A DNA stretch of 64,000 bases from Gemmatimonadales bacterium (GTDB taxonomy: Bacteria; Gemmatimonadota; Gemmatimonadetes; Gemmatimonadales; GWC2-71-9): NCBI GenBank assembly GCA_039794085.1, contig JBDIWC010000004.1:1-64000 (forward strand), given 5' to 3'. Below, one piece after another: positions 10,182-20,736 of the stretch. Numbering within the stretch: position 1 is the first letter of the stretch; each line of letters opens with the position of its first letter. The notes under the pieces were generated by a model. It saw only the letters and a list, made by a program, of their open reading frames with translations, was not told the DNA's origin and made no database searches. The position numbers and the translations under genes are program-made.

Positions 10182-10516
10182 CAGGAGAGGACCGACCGGA
10201 GGGCGACGGCGTACAGGATCTCCAGGAGAAATGCCCCCGCCGCCACCGTGGCGAGAAGTCCCGGAAAGGAGATGCCGAGGGTGGGAAGGAGGCGGTGGAG
10301 GTTCCGCCGGCGGAGGTCGATCCCGGTGACAGCGGCGGTGAGCAGTGCGATGGGTACCATGGCCGCCACGTCGACGTCGAAGGGATTCCCCAGGTTGCCG
10401 ATGAGGGTGAGGGCGATGGCGGCCGCGTGCAGGAGAATCCAGACCAGAGCGGCCCGGCGGACGACGACTCCGGCGTAGAGAGCGGGGATGAACAGAGGTG
10501 ATAGGTAATGGAGCAT
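10181..10516 (-). CDS. Small hypothetical membrane protein
   Basis: Three hydrophobic segments; translationally coupled to the ABC ATPase. Confidence 0.65.
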   Translation of the reverse strand: MLHYLSPLFIPALYAGVVVRRAALVWILLHAAAIALTLIGNLGNPFDVDVAAMVPIALLTAAVTGIDLRRRNLHRLLPTLGISFPGLLATVAAGAFLLEILYAVALRSVLS

Positions 10517-10790
10517 AGGACATCATAAAGCAGGGGACGCAGGACGCAGGACGAAGGACATAGGACGTAGGACATCCCCGCCATCCGATACCCAAGTCCG
10601 AGCCACTCCGTCGAATGATGGCGTGACTGCGCCCCTATCGCCTATCCCACCTCAAACGCCGGGGTCTGGGTAATGGGCAACGGGTTCCGCCCCTCAGTTC
10701 CCGACACCCAAAACACCCAACACCCAAAACACCCAACACCCAACACCCAACACCCCCCATCGCCTACCGCCTATCGCCCACCGCCTACTC
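10516..10790. repeat. Heptamer arrays AGGAC(A/G)(T/C), CCCAA(C/A)A and CCTACCG
   Basis: Direct reading of the intergenic region. Confidence 0.75.
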
Positions 10791-11712
10791 CTGCGCTCTC
10801 CAGCAGCCGCCGCGGCACTGGGCGGAGATCCCACAGCACGCCGAGCCACGACAGCACCTTGAGGCCGTAATACGTCAGGTCGAGCTCCCACCAGAAGAAG
10901 CCCTGCCGGGTGGCACCGGGATACTTGTGGTGATTGTTGTGCCATCCCTCGCCCAATGTGATCACGGCCAGGATGAAGCTGTTGCGGCTGTCGTCACCGG
11001 TGGCATAGCGCCGGCGCCCCATGACGTGGGCCAGCGAGTTGATGAACGAGGTCCCGTGAAAGAGGAACACGGTGCTGATGAAGAAGCCCCAGACCAGCAG
11101 CTGCCACCCCCCTGCCAGGAACAGCGTGACGGCGAGCAGGACCGGGATCAGGATGTCGAACCGGTCCAGGAACCGGAGCTCGGGGTACTTGGCGAGATCG
11201 GGCACCGCCTCGAGATCGGTGGCAAAGTTGGAGGGGGAGGTGATCCAGCCCATGTGGGCCCACCAGAACCCATGGTGCCGGGGCGAGTGCGCGTCGAGTT
11301 CGGTGTCGGAGTACCGATGGTGCTTCCGGTGATGCGCCGCCCACCAGAGCGGACCCCGCTGCACCGCACTCGCGCCGATCAGGGCAAAAATGAATTGTCC
11401 CGCCCGGGTGGTCGTGAAGGTCCGGTGCGAAAAATACCGGTGATAGAAGCCGGTGACGGCGAACATCCGCACCACATAGAGACCGAAGGCCACCGAGACG
11501 GCGGTGACACTCCACCCCACCCAGAACACCGCGAGGCAGGCGACGTGCATGCCGAGGAACGGGATGACCCGGACCCAGTCCACCCGGCGGTCTCCGGGGG
11601 ACACCTCGACGGCGCTGGTGTCGAACCAGAGGGCGATCCGGGTCAGCAGGGACTTGGGAGTGCGAGCGAGGGGTGCGGACAAGGGAGGATCCTCTCCTGA
11701 AGCGATCGGCAT
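10771..11712 (-). CDS. Acyl-CoA (delta-9) fatty acid desaturase
   Basis: His boxes HRYFSH, HRKHH, GEGWHNNHH; alternative TTG start at 11682 behind an AGGAGAGG RBS. Confidence 0.93.
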   Translation of the reverse strand: MPIASGEDPPLSAPLARTPKSLLTRIALWFDTSAVEVSPGDRRVDWVRVIPFLGMHVACLAVFWVGWSVTAVSVAFGLYVVRMFAVTGFYHRYFSHRTFTTTRAGQFIFALIGASAVQRGPLWWAAHHRKHHRYSDTELDAHSPRHHGFWWAHMGWITSPSNFATDLEAVPDLAKYPELRFLDRFDILIPVLLAVTLFLAGGWQLLVWGFFISTVFLFHGTSFINSLAHVMGRRRYATGDDSRNSFILAVITLGEGWHNNHHKYPGATRQGFFWWELDLTYYGLKVLSWLGVLWDLRPVPRRLLESAGVGGGR

Positions 11713-11879
11713 CGCCCGGGGCGATACCGGCTGGACAGCGCGAGCGGCCTGAAATCTACCGGAATGGACCTGTGAACAACAGGCCGGGTCGGTGCAGGCC
11801 GATGTAATACGGTGCAAGGTGGGACGCCGACCGGGGCACGGCACGACTCCGGGGCTGACGGCCACCGGCCCCGCCGTGC

Positions 11880-12434
11880 TCAGGGTTGGCGCGGGCGGCT
11901 CGACGGCGGCACCAGGCCTCGCAGGCGGAGATACGTGACCAGGTTGCCGTAATGCTCTCCGTTGTGGGTGGCGTTCATCGCCAGGGCGTAGAAACGGGGC
12001 CCCGTCTGTCCAAAGACCTCCGTCTCCGCATGGAGAGCGGAATCCGACTGGGCATAGGCACCGGCACAATAAGCAGTGGACTCTGTGAGTGCGTCGAGGA
12101 GAGCGGCCCGGGTCGTGGCGTTCCTCTCCACCTCATCCTCGTCACGGGGCGGATCGCCCAGGGCCGCGGCACAGATGAGATACTGCGCTCCCGCGATATG
12201 GCCGATCATCTCACCGATGCTCCGCACCCCCTCGGTGGGCCGCCAGTCATAATCGGCCTCGGCGGTTTCCTCGGCGATCGTGGCGACGTGACGGATGGTC
12301 TCGCTCCAGAGCTGTTCCAGCGCGGCCGCCACCGGACGGTCGGAATCGGCACTGGGGGTCGGTTGAGCCCCGGTACACGCTGCGCTCAGGGTGAAAACGC
12401 CGAGAAGGACCGACGGGACGGATCGCCTGGACAT
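11880..12434 (-). CDS. DinB-family lipoprotein
   Basis: Lipobox SAAC; RSIGEMIGH and HNGEHYGNLVTYLRLRG motifs. Confidence 0.88.
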   Translation of the reverse strand: MSRRSVPSVLLGVFTLSAACTGAQPTPSADSDRPVAAALEQLWSETIRHVATIAEETAEADYDWRPTEGVRSIGEMIGHIAGAQYLICAAALGDPPRDEDEVERNATTRAALLDALTESTAYCAGAYAQSDSALHAETEVFGQTGPRFYALAMNATHNGEHYGNLVTYLRLRGLVPPSSRPRQP

Positions 12435-12449
12435 GATGGCCTCGGGGGG

Positions 12450-12625
12450 CGGGGGTTGGGTGATGGGTATTGAGCAGGGGGTCTCGGGTACTCCCGTCCT
12501 GGGTGCGGGACCGGGAACTGGTACACACCGATCCCGCCTGCCCTATATTGGACCAATCCAATCATACCCCAATGACCCAAAACCCAATACCCAAAACCCA
12601 ATACCCATCCCGATACCCGCCACCC
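12450..12625. repeat. Degenerate inverted heptamer arrays (TGGGTAT-like / ACCCAAT-like)
   Basis: G-rich units at 12450-12510 and complementary C-rich units at 12565-12625. Confidence 0.55.
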
Positions 12626-12651
12626 GCCCCTCATTCCCCTCCCAAGGCCTC

Positions 12652-12900
12652 ATGCGCTCCCGCGAACGGATTCTGACCAATCTGGAAACCATCTACCGCG
12701 AAACCTTCGACCGCGCGAAGGAATCGGAGGACCAGGTCCGCATGGCCGACCTGGACAACGCCTACATGCGGGACCAGCTGATGCTGGAGATCCTCCTCGA
12801 CATCCGGGATCTCTTTGCGGTGGCTCCGGCCGCGACCAAGTCGGGATCCAGCGCCCTGGAAAAGCTCCAGGCGCTGCGGCGGCTTACCGGGAAGGGATGA
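12652..12900 (+). CDS. Hypothetical helical protein (82 aa)
   Basis: Genome-typical codon usage from ATG 12652; the upstream part of the ORF is repeat-derived. Confidence 0.8.
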   Translation: MRSRERILTNLETIYRETFDRAKESEDQVRMADLDNAYMRDQLMLEILLDIRDLFAVAPAATKSGSSALEKLQALRRLTGKG

Positions 12901-12954
12901 GGGGAGGCGGGAGGTGGGAGGCGATAGGCGGCAGGCGATAGGCGGTAGGTACTC

Positions 12955-13242
12955 TCAGAGCTTCGAACACTGCATCACACCGGCGTCCAGGACGTCGCCT
13001 TTCACCGTGAACGTGAGACCCCGCCCGTCGGCTGATGTGACGGAGACCTTGTCGCCATCCTTCGTGTACTTTCCCGGCATTTCCATGCCGAAGAGACTGA
13101 AGAGCGCGCTGCCGTCCTTCTTGAACGTGATCTTGTTGTACATGCAGCTGTCGCCCCCGTAGTCACCGCTGAAGCCGCTCCCCGCGCAGGCACCGAAGAC
13201 AAGCACCAGACCCGAGGCCCCCAGAATCGTTCGAGCACGCAT
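12955..13242 (-). CDS. Small hypothetical lipoprotein
   Basis: Lipobox FGAC; beta-rich body; strong codon bias. Confidence 0.78.
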   Translation of the reverse strand: MRARTILGASGLVLVFGACAGSGFSGDYGGDSCMYNKITFKKDGSALFSLFGMEMPGKYTKDGDKVSVTSADGRGLTFTVKGDVLDAGVMQCSKL

Positions 13243-13631
13243 GTCGCACCCCCGAAAGTGCGCGGCATCTCATCGGGGGATCCCCCAAGTCGACGGACCG
13301 CAGTATGCCTTTCCCTTGCGCGAGAGGTCCTCGAGAACTGTCATGGGAGTGAAACCTTGTCGCCCGGCCTCTCGTAGACTACTGGCACAGTTGGCCTTCA
13401 GGCGGTAGACTCTGGGATCCGCCCCCTGTGCCGGCGGCAGTTTCTCCACCACACGCGTCTTTTCCGGTCCGTCCACACGGAGCTTCAGGCATGATGCAAA
13501 CCCGTCCCATTCACCCCGCCCCAACACCCAGCACCTCTACACCACCCACACCAGGTATCGGGTTTCGGGCCTTGGGTATCGGGTCCCCCGCCCCCAACAC
13601 CCGGATCCCAACACCCGATAGCCCTTTCCCC

Positions 13632-16600
13632 ATGCTGGCCGGACTGGCACTCCTGGCGGCCGTCCTCGGGGCGATCCCCGGTCCACTCCAGGCCCAAGGT
13701 TCTTCGGCGGGGCAGAAGCCGGGACTCCCGCTGGAGGCGTCACAGACGGCCCGATTCACGGCCACCAGGGGTACCTGGATGTCGGTGGATGTGAGCCCCG
13801 ATGGCCAGACCCTGGTTTTTGATCTGCTGGGAGACCTCTACCGGATGCCGATCACCGGAGGGACGGCCACGCGCCTGACCCAGGGGCTCGCCTACGACGC
13901 GCAACCCCGCTTCAGTCCCGATGGGTCCCGGATTGTTTTCCTCTCCGACCGGACCGGAGGCGAGAATCTCTTCACCATCGCCACGGACGGCTCCGACCTC
14001 CGCCAGGTGACTCCACCCGGCAACCAGCTCGGCTACACCTCACCCGAATGGACCCCCGACGGGAAGTACATCGTCGCCTCCCGCTCGGGTTCGGGCTTCG
14101 GGGTCAAGAAACTCTGGCTCTTCGACACCGAGGGCGGAACCGGGGTTCCTCTCGGCTCCCAGGCGGGACCGCAGGGACTGTACGGTGCGGCCTTCGGACC
14201 CGATGGACGCTTCGTGTATTACGCCTGGCGGATCGGGCTCTGGCAGTACAATGCCTCGATGCCGCAGTTCCAGGTGGGGGTCTACGACCGGGAGACGGGG
14301 AACACCACCACCATCACCTCCCGCTACGGATCCGCGTTCCGGCCCGCCATCTCTCCGGACGGGAAGTGGCTTTCCTACGGTTCCCGTGAGAACACCGAAA
14401 CCGGACTCCGCCTCCGGGACCTGGCGAGCGGCGAGGAACGGTGGCTTGCCTATCCGGTTCAACGGGACAACCAGGAATCGGTCCCCGATCTCGATGTGCT
14501 TCCCGGCTACTCCTTCACCCCCGATTCTCGCGCCATCGTTCTCTCCTACGGGGGCGAGTTCTGGCGGGTCCCGGTGGATGGGACGGCCGCCACGAAGATC
14601 CCCTTCACGGTGAACGCCGAGGTGGCGGTGGGCCCGGTGGTGAAGTTCGAGTATCCGATCGAGGACGCCCCCACCTTCACGGTCCGGCAGATCCGGGAGC
14701 CGGTGGCGTCCCCCGATGGGCAGCAGGTCGCGTTCTCCGCGCTGGACCGACTCTACGTGGCGGACGGTGCCACCGGGACGCCGCGTCGCGTGACCACCGC
14801 GGACGTCGGAGAGTATGCGCCGACCTGGAGCCCGGACGGGCAGTCGCTCGCGTATGTGACCTGGGATGGAACCCGCGGCACCCTGTCGAGAGTGGACCTC
14901 GCCACGGGAACGGTGACGGAACTGGCCGGGGACGGTCTCTTCCTGAGTCCCGCATGGTCCCCCACCGGAGGGGGGGGGCGCATCGTCGTGACACGAGCCT
15001 CCGCCCGGGAGATGCGCGAGGCGGTGGATCCCTTCGTGTCGGGCTTTGGCGCGGAACTGGTCTGGGTTCCGGCCTCGGGCGGGCCGATGACGACAATCCG
15101 TCCGGCGGGGAACGTGTCCGCCCCTCACTTCACGGCGGATACCTCACGAATCTTTGCCTACGGCTTCATTCCTCCCCCGCCCGGGGCGCCCCCCGGATCG
15201 GCGGGACCTGCCCTGGTCTCCATGCGGTGGGACGGGACCGATCTCCGGCAGCATGTCCGCATGCTCGGTCCCCTTCCGCTCGGCGCCACCCCTCCGGAGG
15301 ACCCCAGCCGGGGCGACATCGTGATGCCCCCCACCGAGACGGATCAGGAGGTGAACCGGGGACTCTCCGCAGCCACGATCCGGATGGCCCCGCGAGGGGA
15401 CTTCGCCCTGGCCGAGATCGGCCGGGAGCTCTACCTGGCCCGCATCCCCCAGGTCGGGGGGGCGGTTCCGATCATCAACATGTCGACGCCCGACAGCGCC
15501 GGCACCCGGGCGATCCGGCTGAGCGACATCGGGGGTGAGTTCGCCTCCTGGAGCGCGGATGGGCGCACGGTCCACTGGGGGATCGGGAACGCGTTCGTCT
15601 CCTACGACGTGGCCCGTGGCCTGGCGGTGGACGACAGCCTTCGAAGGGCCGGGGCCGACTCGGCCACCCGGTGGAACAACGCCTACCGGCCCGCCGAGCA
15701 GCGGATTCTCGTGAGCGCTCCCCGGGACATTCCGGAGGGAACCGTGGTGCTGCGCGGGGCCCGCATCATCACCATGCGGGGAGAGGAGGTGGTGGAGAAC
15801 GGAGACGTGGTGGTCCGCAACAATCGGATCGTGAGCGTCGGGCCTCAGGGCACCGCGCCGGCCGGAGCCCGGGTGATCGATGTGCAAGGCAAGACCATCG
15901 TGCCGGGCTTCGTGGACACCCATGCCCACATGTGGCCCGGGTGGGGGATTCACTGGAAACAGCCCTGGATCTACCTCGCCAGCCTGGCCTGGGGGGTCAC
16001 CACCACGCGGGATCCCCAGACCTCGACCACCGATGTGCTCACCTATCAGGACCGGGTCGAGGCGGGCCAGGTCGTCGGTCCCCGGGTGTACAACACCGGC
16101 CCCGGCGTGTTCAGCGTGGACCGGGTGGGAACCCTGGAGCGGGCCCGGGACGTGCTCCGGCGCTACAGCACCTACTACGACACCAAGACGTTCAAGATGT
16201 ACATGGCGGGGAACCGGCAGACCCGGCAGTACCTCATCATGGCGGCGCGGGAACTGGAGCTCATGCCCACCACCGAGGGCGGACTCCAGTTCATGCTCAA
16301 CATGACGCACGCCATGGACGGGTACTCCGGGGTGGAACACACCATCCCTCTCGCGCCGATGTATGACGACGTGGTCCAGCTCTACAAGACCTCGGAAACC
16401 ACCAACACGCCGACTCTCCTCGTGTCCTACGGGGCACCCTGGGCGGAGAACTGGTTCTACACGACCGAAAATCCCACGGCCGATCCGAAGGTGCGTCACT
16501 TCATGCCCGCCGAGGAACTCGACCTCAAGGCCCGTCGCCGGAACTCGTTGGCAAGCCCCGGTCCCTCGGGATGGGTGCATGAGTCGGAGTATGGTTTCCG

Positions 16601-17006
16601 GCGGCATGCGGCCTTTTCCAAGGCGCTGGTCGAGGCCGGGGGCCGGGCGGGCATCGGAAGCCACGGGCAGTTCCAGGGTCTCGGCTATCACTGGGAGCTC
16701 TGGGCGGTGCAGAGCGGGGGAATGCGTCCCCACGACGCCCTCCGGGTGGCCACCCTGCTGGGCGCCGAGGCGCTCGGGCTCGGGCGGGATCTCGGCTCGG
16801 TCGAGGCCGGCAAGATCGCCGATCTGGTGATTCTCGATGCGAATCCGCTCGACGACATCCGCAACACCAACACTGTCCGCCATGTGATGAAGAACGGGCG
16901 GCTCTACGAGGGTGACACCATGAACGAGATCTGGCCCCGACAGCGCCCCGCGGGGGATCAACCGTGGCGCCACTTCGCCCCGACCAACACCACCGGCCAG
17001 CGGTGA
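13632..17006 (+). CDS. Secreted PD40/TolB beta-propeller + amidohydrolase domain protein (paralog 1)
   Basis: Signal peptide; repeated P.FSPDG; PGFVDTHAH; GKIADLVILD. Confidence 0.92.
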   Translation: MLAGLALLAAVLGAIPGPLQAQGSSAGQKPGLPLEASQTARFTATRGTWMSVDVSPDGQTLVFDLLGDLYRMPITGGTATRLTQGLAYDAQPRFSPDGSRIVFLSDRTGGENLFTIATDGSDLRQVTPPGNQLGYTSPEWTPDGKYIVASRSGSGFGVKKLWLFDTEGGTGVPLGSQAGPQGLYGAAFGPDGRFVYYAWRIGLWQYNASMPQFQVGVYDRETGNTTTITSRYGSAFRPAISPDGKWLSYGSRENTETGLRLRDLASGEERWLAYPVQRDNQESVPDLDVLPGYSFTPDSRAIVLSYGGEFWRVPVDGTAATKIPFTVNAEVAVGPVVKFEYPIEDAPTFTVRQIREPVASPDGQQVAFSALDRLYVADGATGTPRRVTTADVGEYAPTWSPDGQSLAYVTWDGTRGTLSRVDLATGTVTELAGDGLFLSPAWSPTGGGGRIVVTRASAREMREAVDPFVSGFGAELVWVPASGGPMTTIRPAGNVSAPHFTADTSRIFAYGFIPPPPGAPPGSAGPALVSMRWDGTDLRQHVRMLGPLPLGATPPEDPSRGDIVMPPTETDQEVNRGLSAATIRMAPRGDFALAEIGRELYLARIPQVGGAVPIINMSTPDSAGTRAIRLSDIGGEFASWSADGRTVHWGIGNAFVSYDVARGLAVDDSLRRAGADSATRWNNAYRPAEQRILVSAPRDIPEGTVVLRGARIITMRGEEVVENGDVVVRNNRIVSVGPQGTAPAGARVIDVQGKTIVPGFVDTHAHMWPGWGIHWKQPWIYLASLAWGVTTTRDPQTSTTDVLTYQDRVEAGQVVGPRVYNTGPGVFSVDRVGTLERARDVLRRYSTYYDTKTFKMYMAGNRQTRQYLIMAARELELMPTTEGGLQFMLNMTHAMDGYSGVEHTIPLAPMYDDVVQLYKTSETTNTPTLLVSYGAPWAENWFYTTENPTADPKVRHFMPAEELDLKARRRNSLASPGPSGWVHESEYGFRRHAAFSKALVEAGGRAGIGSHGQFQGLGYHWELWAVQSGGMRPHDALRVATLLGAEALGLGRDLGSVEAGKIADLVILDANPLDDIRNTNTVRHVMKNGRLYEGDTMNEIWPRQRPAGDQPWRHFAPTNTTGQR

Positions 17007-17014
17007 GGCGCACC

Positions 17015-20000
17015 ATGACAACCTCGACGACTCCCCTGCTTCGCCGGATTGCCGCGGTCACCCTGGTGAGCGCGACGGCCCTTGCCCTTCCGCTCGCCGC
17101 CCAGGGACCGCGTCCCGGTGCGGGTGGCCCCGGTGGGCCACCACCCAAACCGCTCCCGCTGGAAGCGAAGCGATCCGCTACCTTCACCGCCACCGAGGGA
17201 ACCTGGATCTCCCTCGATGTGAGCCCCGATGGCCAGACCATCGTGTTCGACCTCCTCGGGGATCTCTACACCATGCCCATCACGGGAGGCACCGCGACGG
17301 CCCTGACCTCGGGCCTCGCCTTCGACGCCCAGCCCCGGTTCAGCCCCGATGGGAAGCGGCTGGTCTTCGTGTCGGACCGGAGCGGTGGCGACAACGTGTG
17401 GTTGATGGACCTGGAGACCAAGGACACCACCCAGCTCACCCAGGGAAACAACGCCCTCTACGTGTCGCCCGAGTGGACACCCGATGGACAGTACATCGTG
17501 GTGAGCCGGGCCACCGGGTCGTTCGGGACCGCCAAGCTCCATCTCTACCACGTGGACGGAGGGTCGGGCCTCCCGCTGATTCGCCAGCCGGCCAACGCCA
17601 AGACGATCGGCGCCTCCGTCACGCCCGACGGGCGGTACATCTGGCATGCCCGCCGGAACGGAGACTGGAACTACAACGCTCTCTTCCCGCAATATCAACT
17701 GGCGGTGTATGACCGGGAAACGGGGGAAACCCGCGGCATGGCGGGTCGCTACGGCTCCTCGTTCCGTCCGGCCATCTCTCCCGACGGGAAGTGGCTCGTC
17801 TACGGGACCCGGCACGAAACCGGGACCGGGCTTCGGGTGCGGGACCTGGCCACCGGCGACGAAGAGTGGCTCGCCTGGCCCGTCCAGCGGGATGACATCG
17901 AGTCCCGCGGCACTCTCGACGTGCTTCCCGGTTACGCCTTCACCCCCGACTCCCGGGCGGTCATCACCTCGTACGGAGGAGGGATCTGGCGAGTGCCGCT
18001 CGACAAGTCCGCCCCGGTGCGCATTCCCTTCTCCGCCGAGGTGAAGACCGCGGTGGGACCCGAAGTGAAGTTCGCCTGGCGGGTGGACACCGCCGCCACC
18101 CTCACCGCCCGGCAGATCCGGAATCCCGTGGTGTCGCCCGATGGGAAACGCGTGGCGTTCACCGCCGTGGACCGGCTCTATGTTCAGGACCTTCCGGAGG
18201 GAACCCCTCGCCGGGTCACGACCGCCGATGCGGGGGAATACCAGCCGGTCTGGTCCCCCGACGGATCCTCCCTCGCCTGGATCAACTGGCGGGACGGCAG
18301 CGGCGGACACCTCATGCGCGCCACCTTCGATGCCCGCGGCACGCCCCGTCCGGTGCAGGTGAGTCGCGTGGCGGCTCTCTACTCCAATCCCGCGTTTGCG
18401 CCGGACGGGAACCGGATCGTGGTGACCCGGGCCCCGGCCCGCGATCTCCTCGAGGCCTCCGGGAACGGGGGCGGAACCTTCGGGGGGGATTTCGTCTGGT
18501 TCCCCGCGGCCGGCGGTGATGCCACACTGATCGCCCCGACCGCGGGCCGGGACGTCGCGCACTTCGTGCTCAGCGAGCCCGATCGGATCTACGCATCGAG
18601 TCCCTTCCGGGGTCTGGTCTCGTTCCGGTGGGACGGGACCGACGAGCGTCAGGTGGTGCGCGTCGTGGGAGCCATGCCTTTCGGATTCGGCCAGTTCGAT
18701 CCGGAGGAGGAGATGGTCTTCCTGCCCCGCCGGATCGCCCCGGTGCGGGCCGACGCTCTCTACACCCGCGTCTCCCGGGAAAACCTGGAACCGGTGCCGC
18801 AGCCGACACCGGCCGGGGTGATTATGATGTCCCCCGCCGGCGGCCAGGCCCTGGCCCAGGTCAACACCGATCTCTATGTGGTGACTGTTCCGGTGACCGG
18901 AGGACCGGTGCCCACGATCAACGTGGCCGGAGGGAGTGCCGTGCCGGTGCGGAAACTGACCGACATCGGTGGGGAGTTCCCCGCCTGGTGGGGACCCGAG
19001 GGCCAGCACGCCACCTTCGCCCTCGGCAACACCCTCTTTCAGTATGACCTCGCCCGTGCCAAGACGGTGGACGACAGCCTGAAGGCGGCGGCCAAGGCCA
19101 AGGCGGACACCGCCCGTGTCAAACAGGCCACCAACGACACGATCAAGACCCTGAAGGCCCGGGCCGACAGCCTCATCAAGGCAAAGCAGCCGGTGCCCGA
19201 TTCGATCAAGATCCGGATCTTCGATCTCGAGGCGCGGCTCGTTTCCGATTCCATCGCCGCCGCCAACGCCGCCAAGGCCCGTGCCGACAGCGTCAAGGCC
19301 AAGGCAGACACGAGCAAGGCGAAGGCGGACACCACGAAGAAGCCCGCCACCCCCGACAAGCCGGGGTACAAGCCGGTCGAGCGGAAGATCACCGTGACCC
19401 TCCCCCGGGACATTCCGAAGGGAACGGTGGTGCTGCGGGGCGGGCGCGCCATCACCATGAAGGGCCACGAAATAATCGAGAACGCGGACGTGGTCGTACG
19501 GGACAACCGGATCATGGCCGTGGGAGCCCGAGGAGCAGTAACGGTCCCCGGAGGGGCGCGCATCATCGATGTGACCGGGAAGACCATCATGCCGGGGATG
19601 ATCGATGTGCACTATCACGCTCAGTGGCTCATCCCGGAGGTCCACCCGGGCCAGACCTGGCAGTATCTGACCACGCTGGCCTATGGCGTCACCACAACGC
19701 GGGATCCGCAGACCCAGTCCACCGATGTCCTGAGCTACCAGGATCGGGTGGAGACCGACGGCATGCTCGGTCCCCGGATCTACTCCACCGGCCCCGGCGT
19801 CGGGCTTCCCAACAATGAGGGGGTGCGCGATCTGGATCACGCGAAGAACATGCTGAAACGCTACAGCGAGTTCTGGGACACCAAGACCCTCAAGATGTAC
19901 ATGAGCGGCAACCGCCAGCAGCGGCAGTGGATCATCATGGCGGCCAAGGACCTCGGCATCATGCCCACCACCGAGGGGGGCCTCGACTTCCGGCTCGACC

Positions 20001-20734
20001 TGACCCACGCCATGGACGGATATCCCGGTGTGGAGCACTCCCTGCCGATCACCCCGATTTTCGGTGATGTGGTGGAGCTCTTCAAGGCGAGCCAGACCAC
20101 CCACACGCCGACCCTGCTCGTCTCCTACGGGGGGCCGTTCGGGGAGAACTACTACTACACCCATGAGAACGTCCTCGGAGATCCCAAGCTCAATCGTTTC
20201 ATGCCAAAGGGCCAGATCGATGCCCGGGCCCGCCGCAGGGGGAGCGAACCTGCTGTGTTCAACCCCAACGGCTACCGCCAGGGAGGCTGGTTCCTGGATG
20301 AGGAGTATGTGTTCACGAAGCACGCGGAGTTCGTGAAGAAGATGATCGAGGGTGGCGCCCGCTCGGCGCTTGGCGCCCACGGCCAGATTCAGGGGATCGG
20401 GAATCACTGGGAGCTCTGGTCCATGGCCTCGGGGGGGCTGTCCAATCACGATGCCCTGCGCACCGCCACCATCTACGGTGCCGAGGCGATCGGTTTCGGA
20501 CAGGATCTGGGCAGCCTGGAGCCGGGAAAGCTCGCGGACATCCTGGTCCTCGATGACGATCCGCTCGTGAACATCCGGAACACCAACAGCATCCGGTATG
20601 TGATGAAGAATGGCCGCCTCTACGAAGGGGCGACGTTGAACGAGGTCTGGCCGCGCCAGCGGGCGATGTCGGCCCAGTGGTGGGCCGAGGCGGCGGAGGG
20701 TCCCAAGGTGGCTGCGGGCCTCGGGATGCCCTGA
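17015..20734 (+). CDS. Secreted PD40/TolB beta-propeller + amidohydrolase domain protein (paralog 2)
   Basis: Colinear with paralog 1; PGMIDVHYH; GKLADILVLD. Confidence 0.92.
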   Translation: MTTSTTPLLRRIAAVTLVSATALALPLAAQGPRPGAGGPGGPPPKPLPLEAKRSATFTATEGTWISLDVSPDGQTIVFDLLGDLYTMPITGGTATALTSGLAFDAQPRFSPDGKRLVFVSDRSGGDNVWLMDLETKDTTQLTQGNNALYVSPEWTPDGQYIVVSRATGSFGTAKLHLYHVDGGSGLPLIRQPANAKTIGASVTPDGRYIWHARRNGDWNYNALFPQYQLAVYDRETGETRGMAGRYGSSFRPAISPDGKWLVYGTRHETGTGLRVRDLATGDEEWLAWPVQRDDIESRGTLDVLPGYAFTPDSRAVITSYGGGIWRVPLDKSAPVRIPFSAEVKTAVGPEVKFAWRVDTAATLTARQIRNPVVSPDGKRVAFTAVDRLYVQDLPEGTPRRVTTADAGEYQPVWSPDGSSLAWINWRDGSGGHLMRATFDARGTPRPVQVSRVAALYSNPAFAPDGNRIVVTRAPARDLLEASGNGGGTFGGDFVWFPAAGGDATLIAPTAGRDVAHFVLSEPDRIYASSPFRGLVSFRWDGTDERQVVRVVGAMPFGFGQFDPEEEMVFLPRRIAPVRADALYTRVSRENLEPVPQPTPAGVIMMSPAGGQALAQVNTDLYVVTVPVTGGPVPTINVAGGSAVPVRKLTDIGGEFPAWWGPEGQHATFALGNTLFQYDLARAKTVDDSLKAAAKAKADTARVKQATNDTIKTLKARADSLIKAKQPVPDSIKIRIFDLEARLVSDSIAAANAAKARADSVKAKADTSKAKADTTKKPATPDKPGYKPVERKITVTLPRDIPKGTVVLRGGRAITMKGHEIIENADVVVRDNRIMAVGARGAVTVPGGARIIDVTGKTIMPGMIDVHYHAQWLIPEVHPGQTWQYLTTLAYGVTTTRDPQTQSTDVLSYQDRVETDGMLGPRIYSTGPGVGLPNNEGVRDLDHAKNMLKRYSEFWDTKTLKMYMSGNRQQRQWIIMAAKDLGIMPTTEGGLDFRLDLTHAMDGYPGVEHSLPITPIFGDVVELFKASQTTHTPTLLVSYGGPFGENYYYTHENVLGDPKLNRFMPKGQIDARARRRGSEPAVFNPNGYRQGGWFLDEEYVFTKHAEFVKKMIEGGARSALGAHGQIQGIGNHWELWSMASGGLSNHDALRTATIYGAEAIGFGQDLGSLEPGKLADILVLDDDPLVNIRNTNSIRYVMKNGRLYEGATLNEVWPRQRAMSAQWWAEAAEGPKVAAGLGMP

Positions 20735-20736
20735 GG

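Noticed and set aside
13383..13398. TGGCAC as a sigma54 promoter
   Set aside because: No GC at the required -12 spacing.
16958..20449. Very long antisense ORFs (also 38839-41133, 51150-53696, 57270-59453)
   Set aside because: Shadow frames of well-supported genes in GC-rich DNA, with no recognisable motifs.
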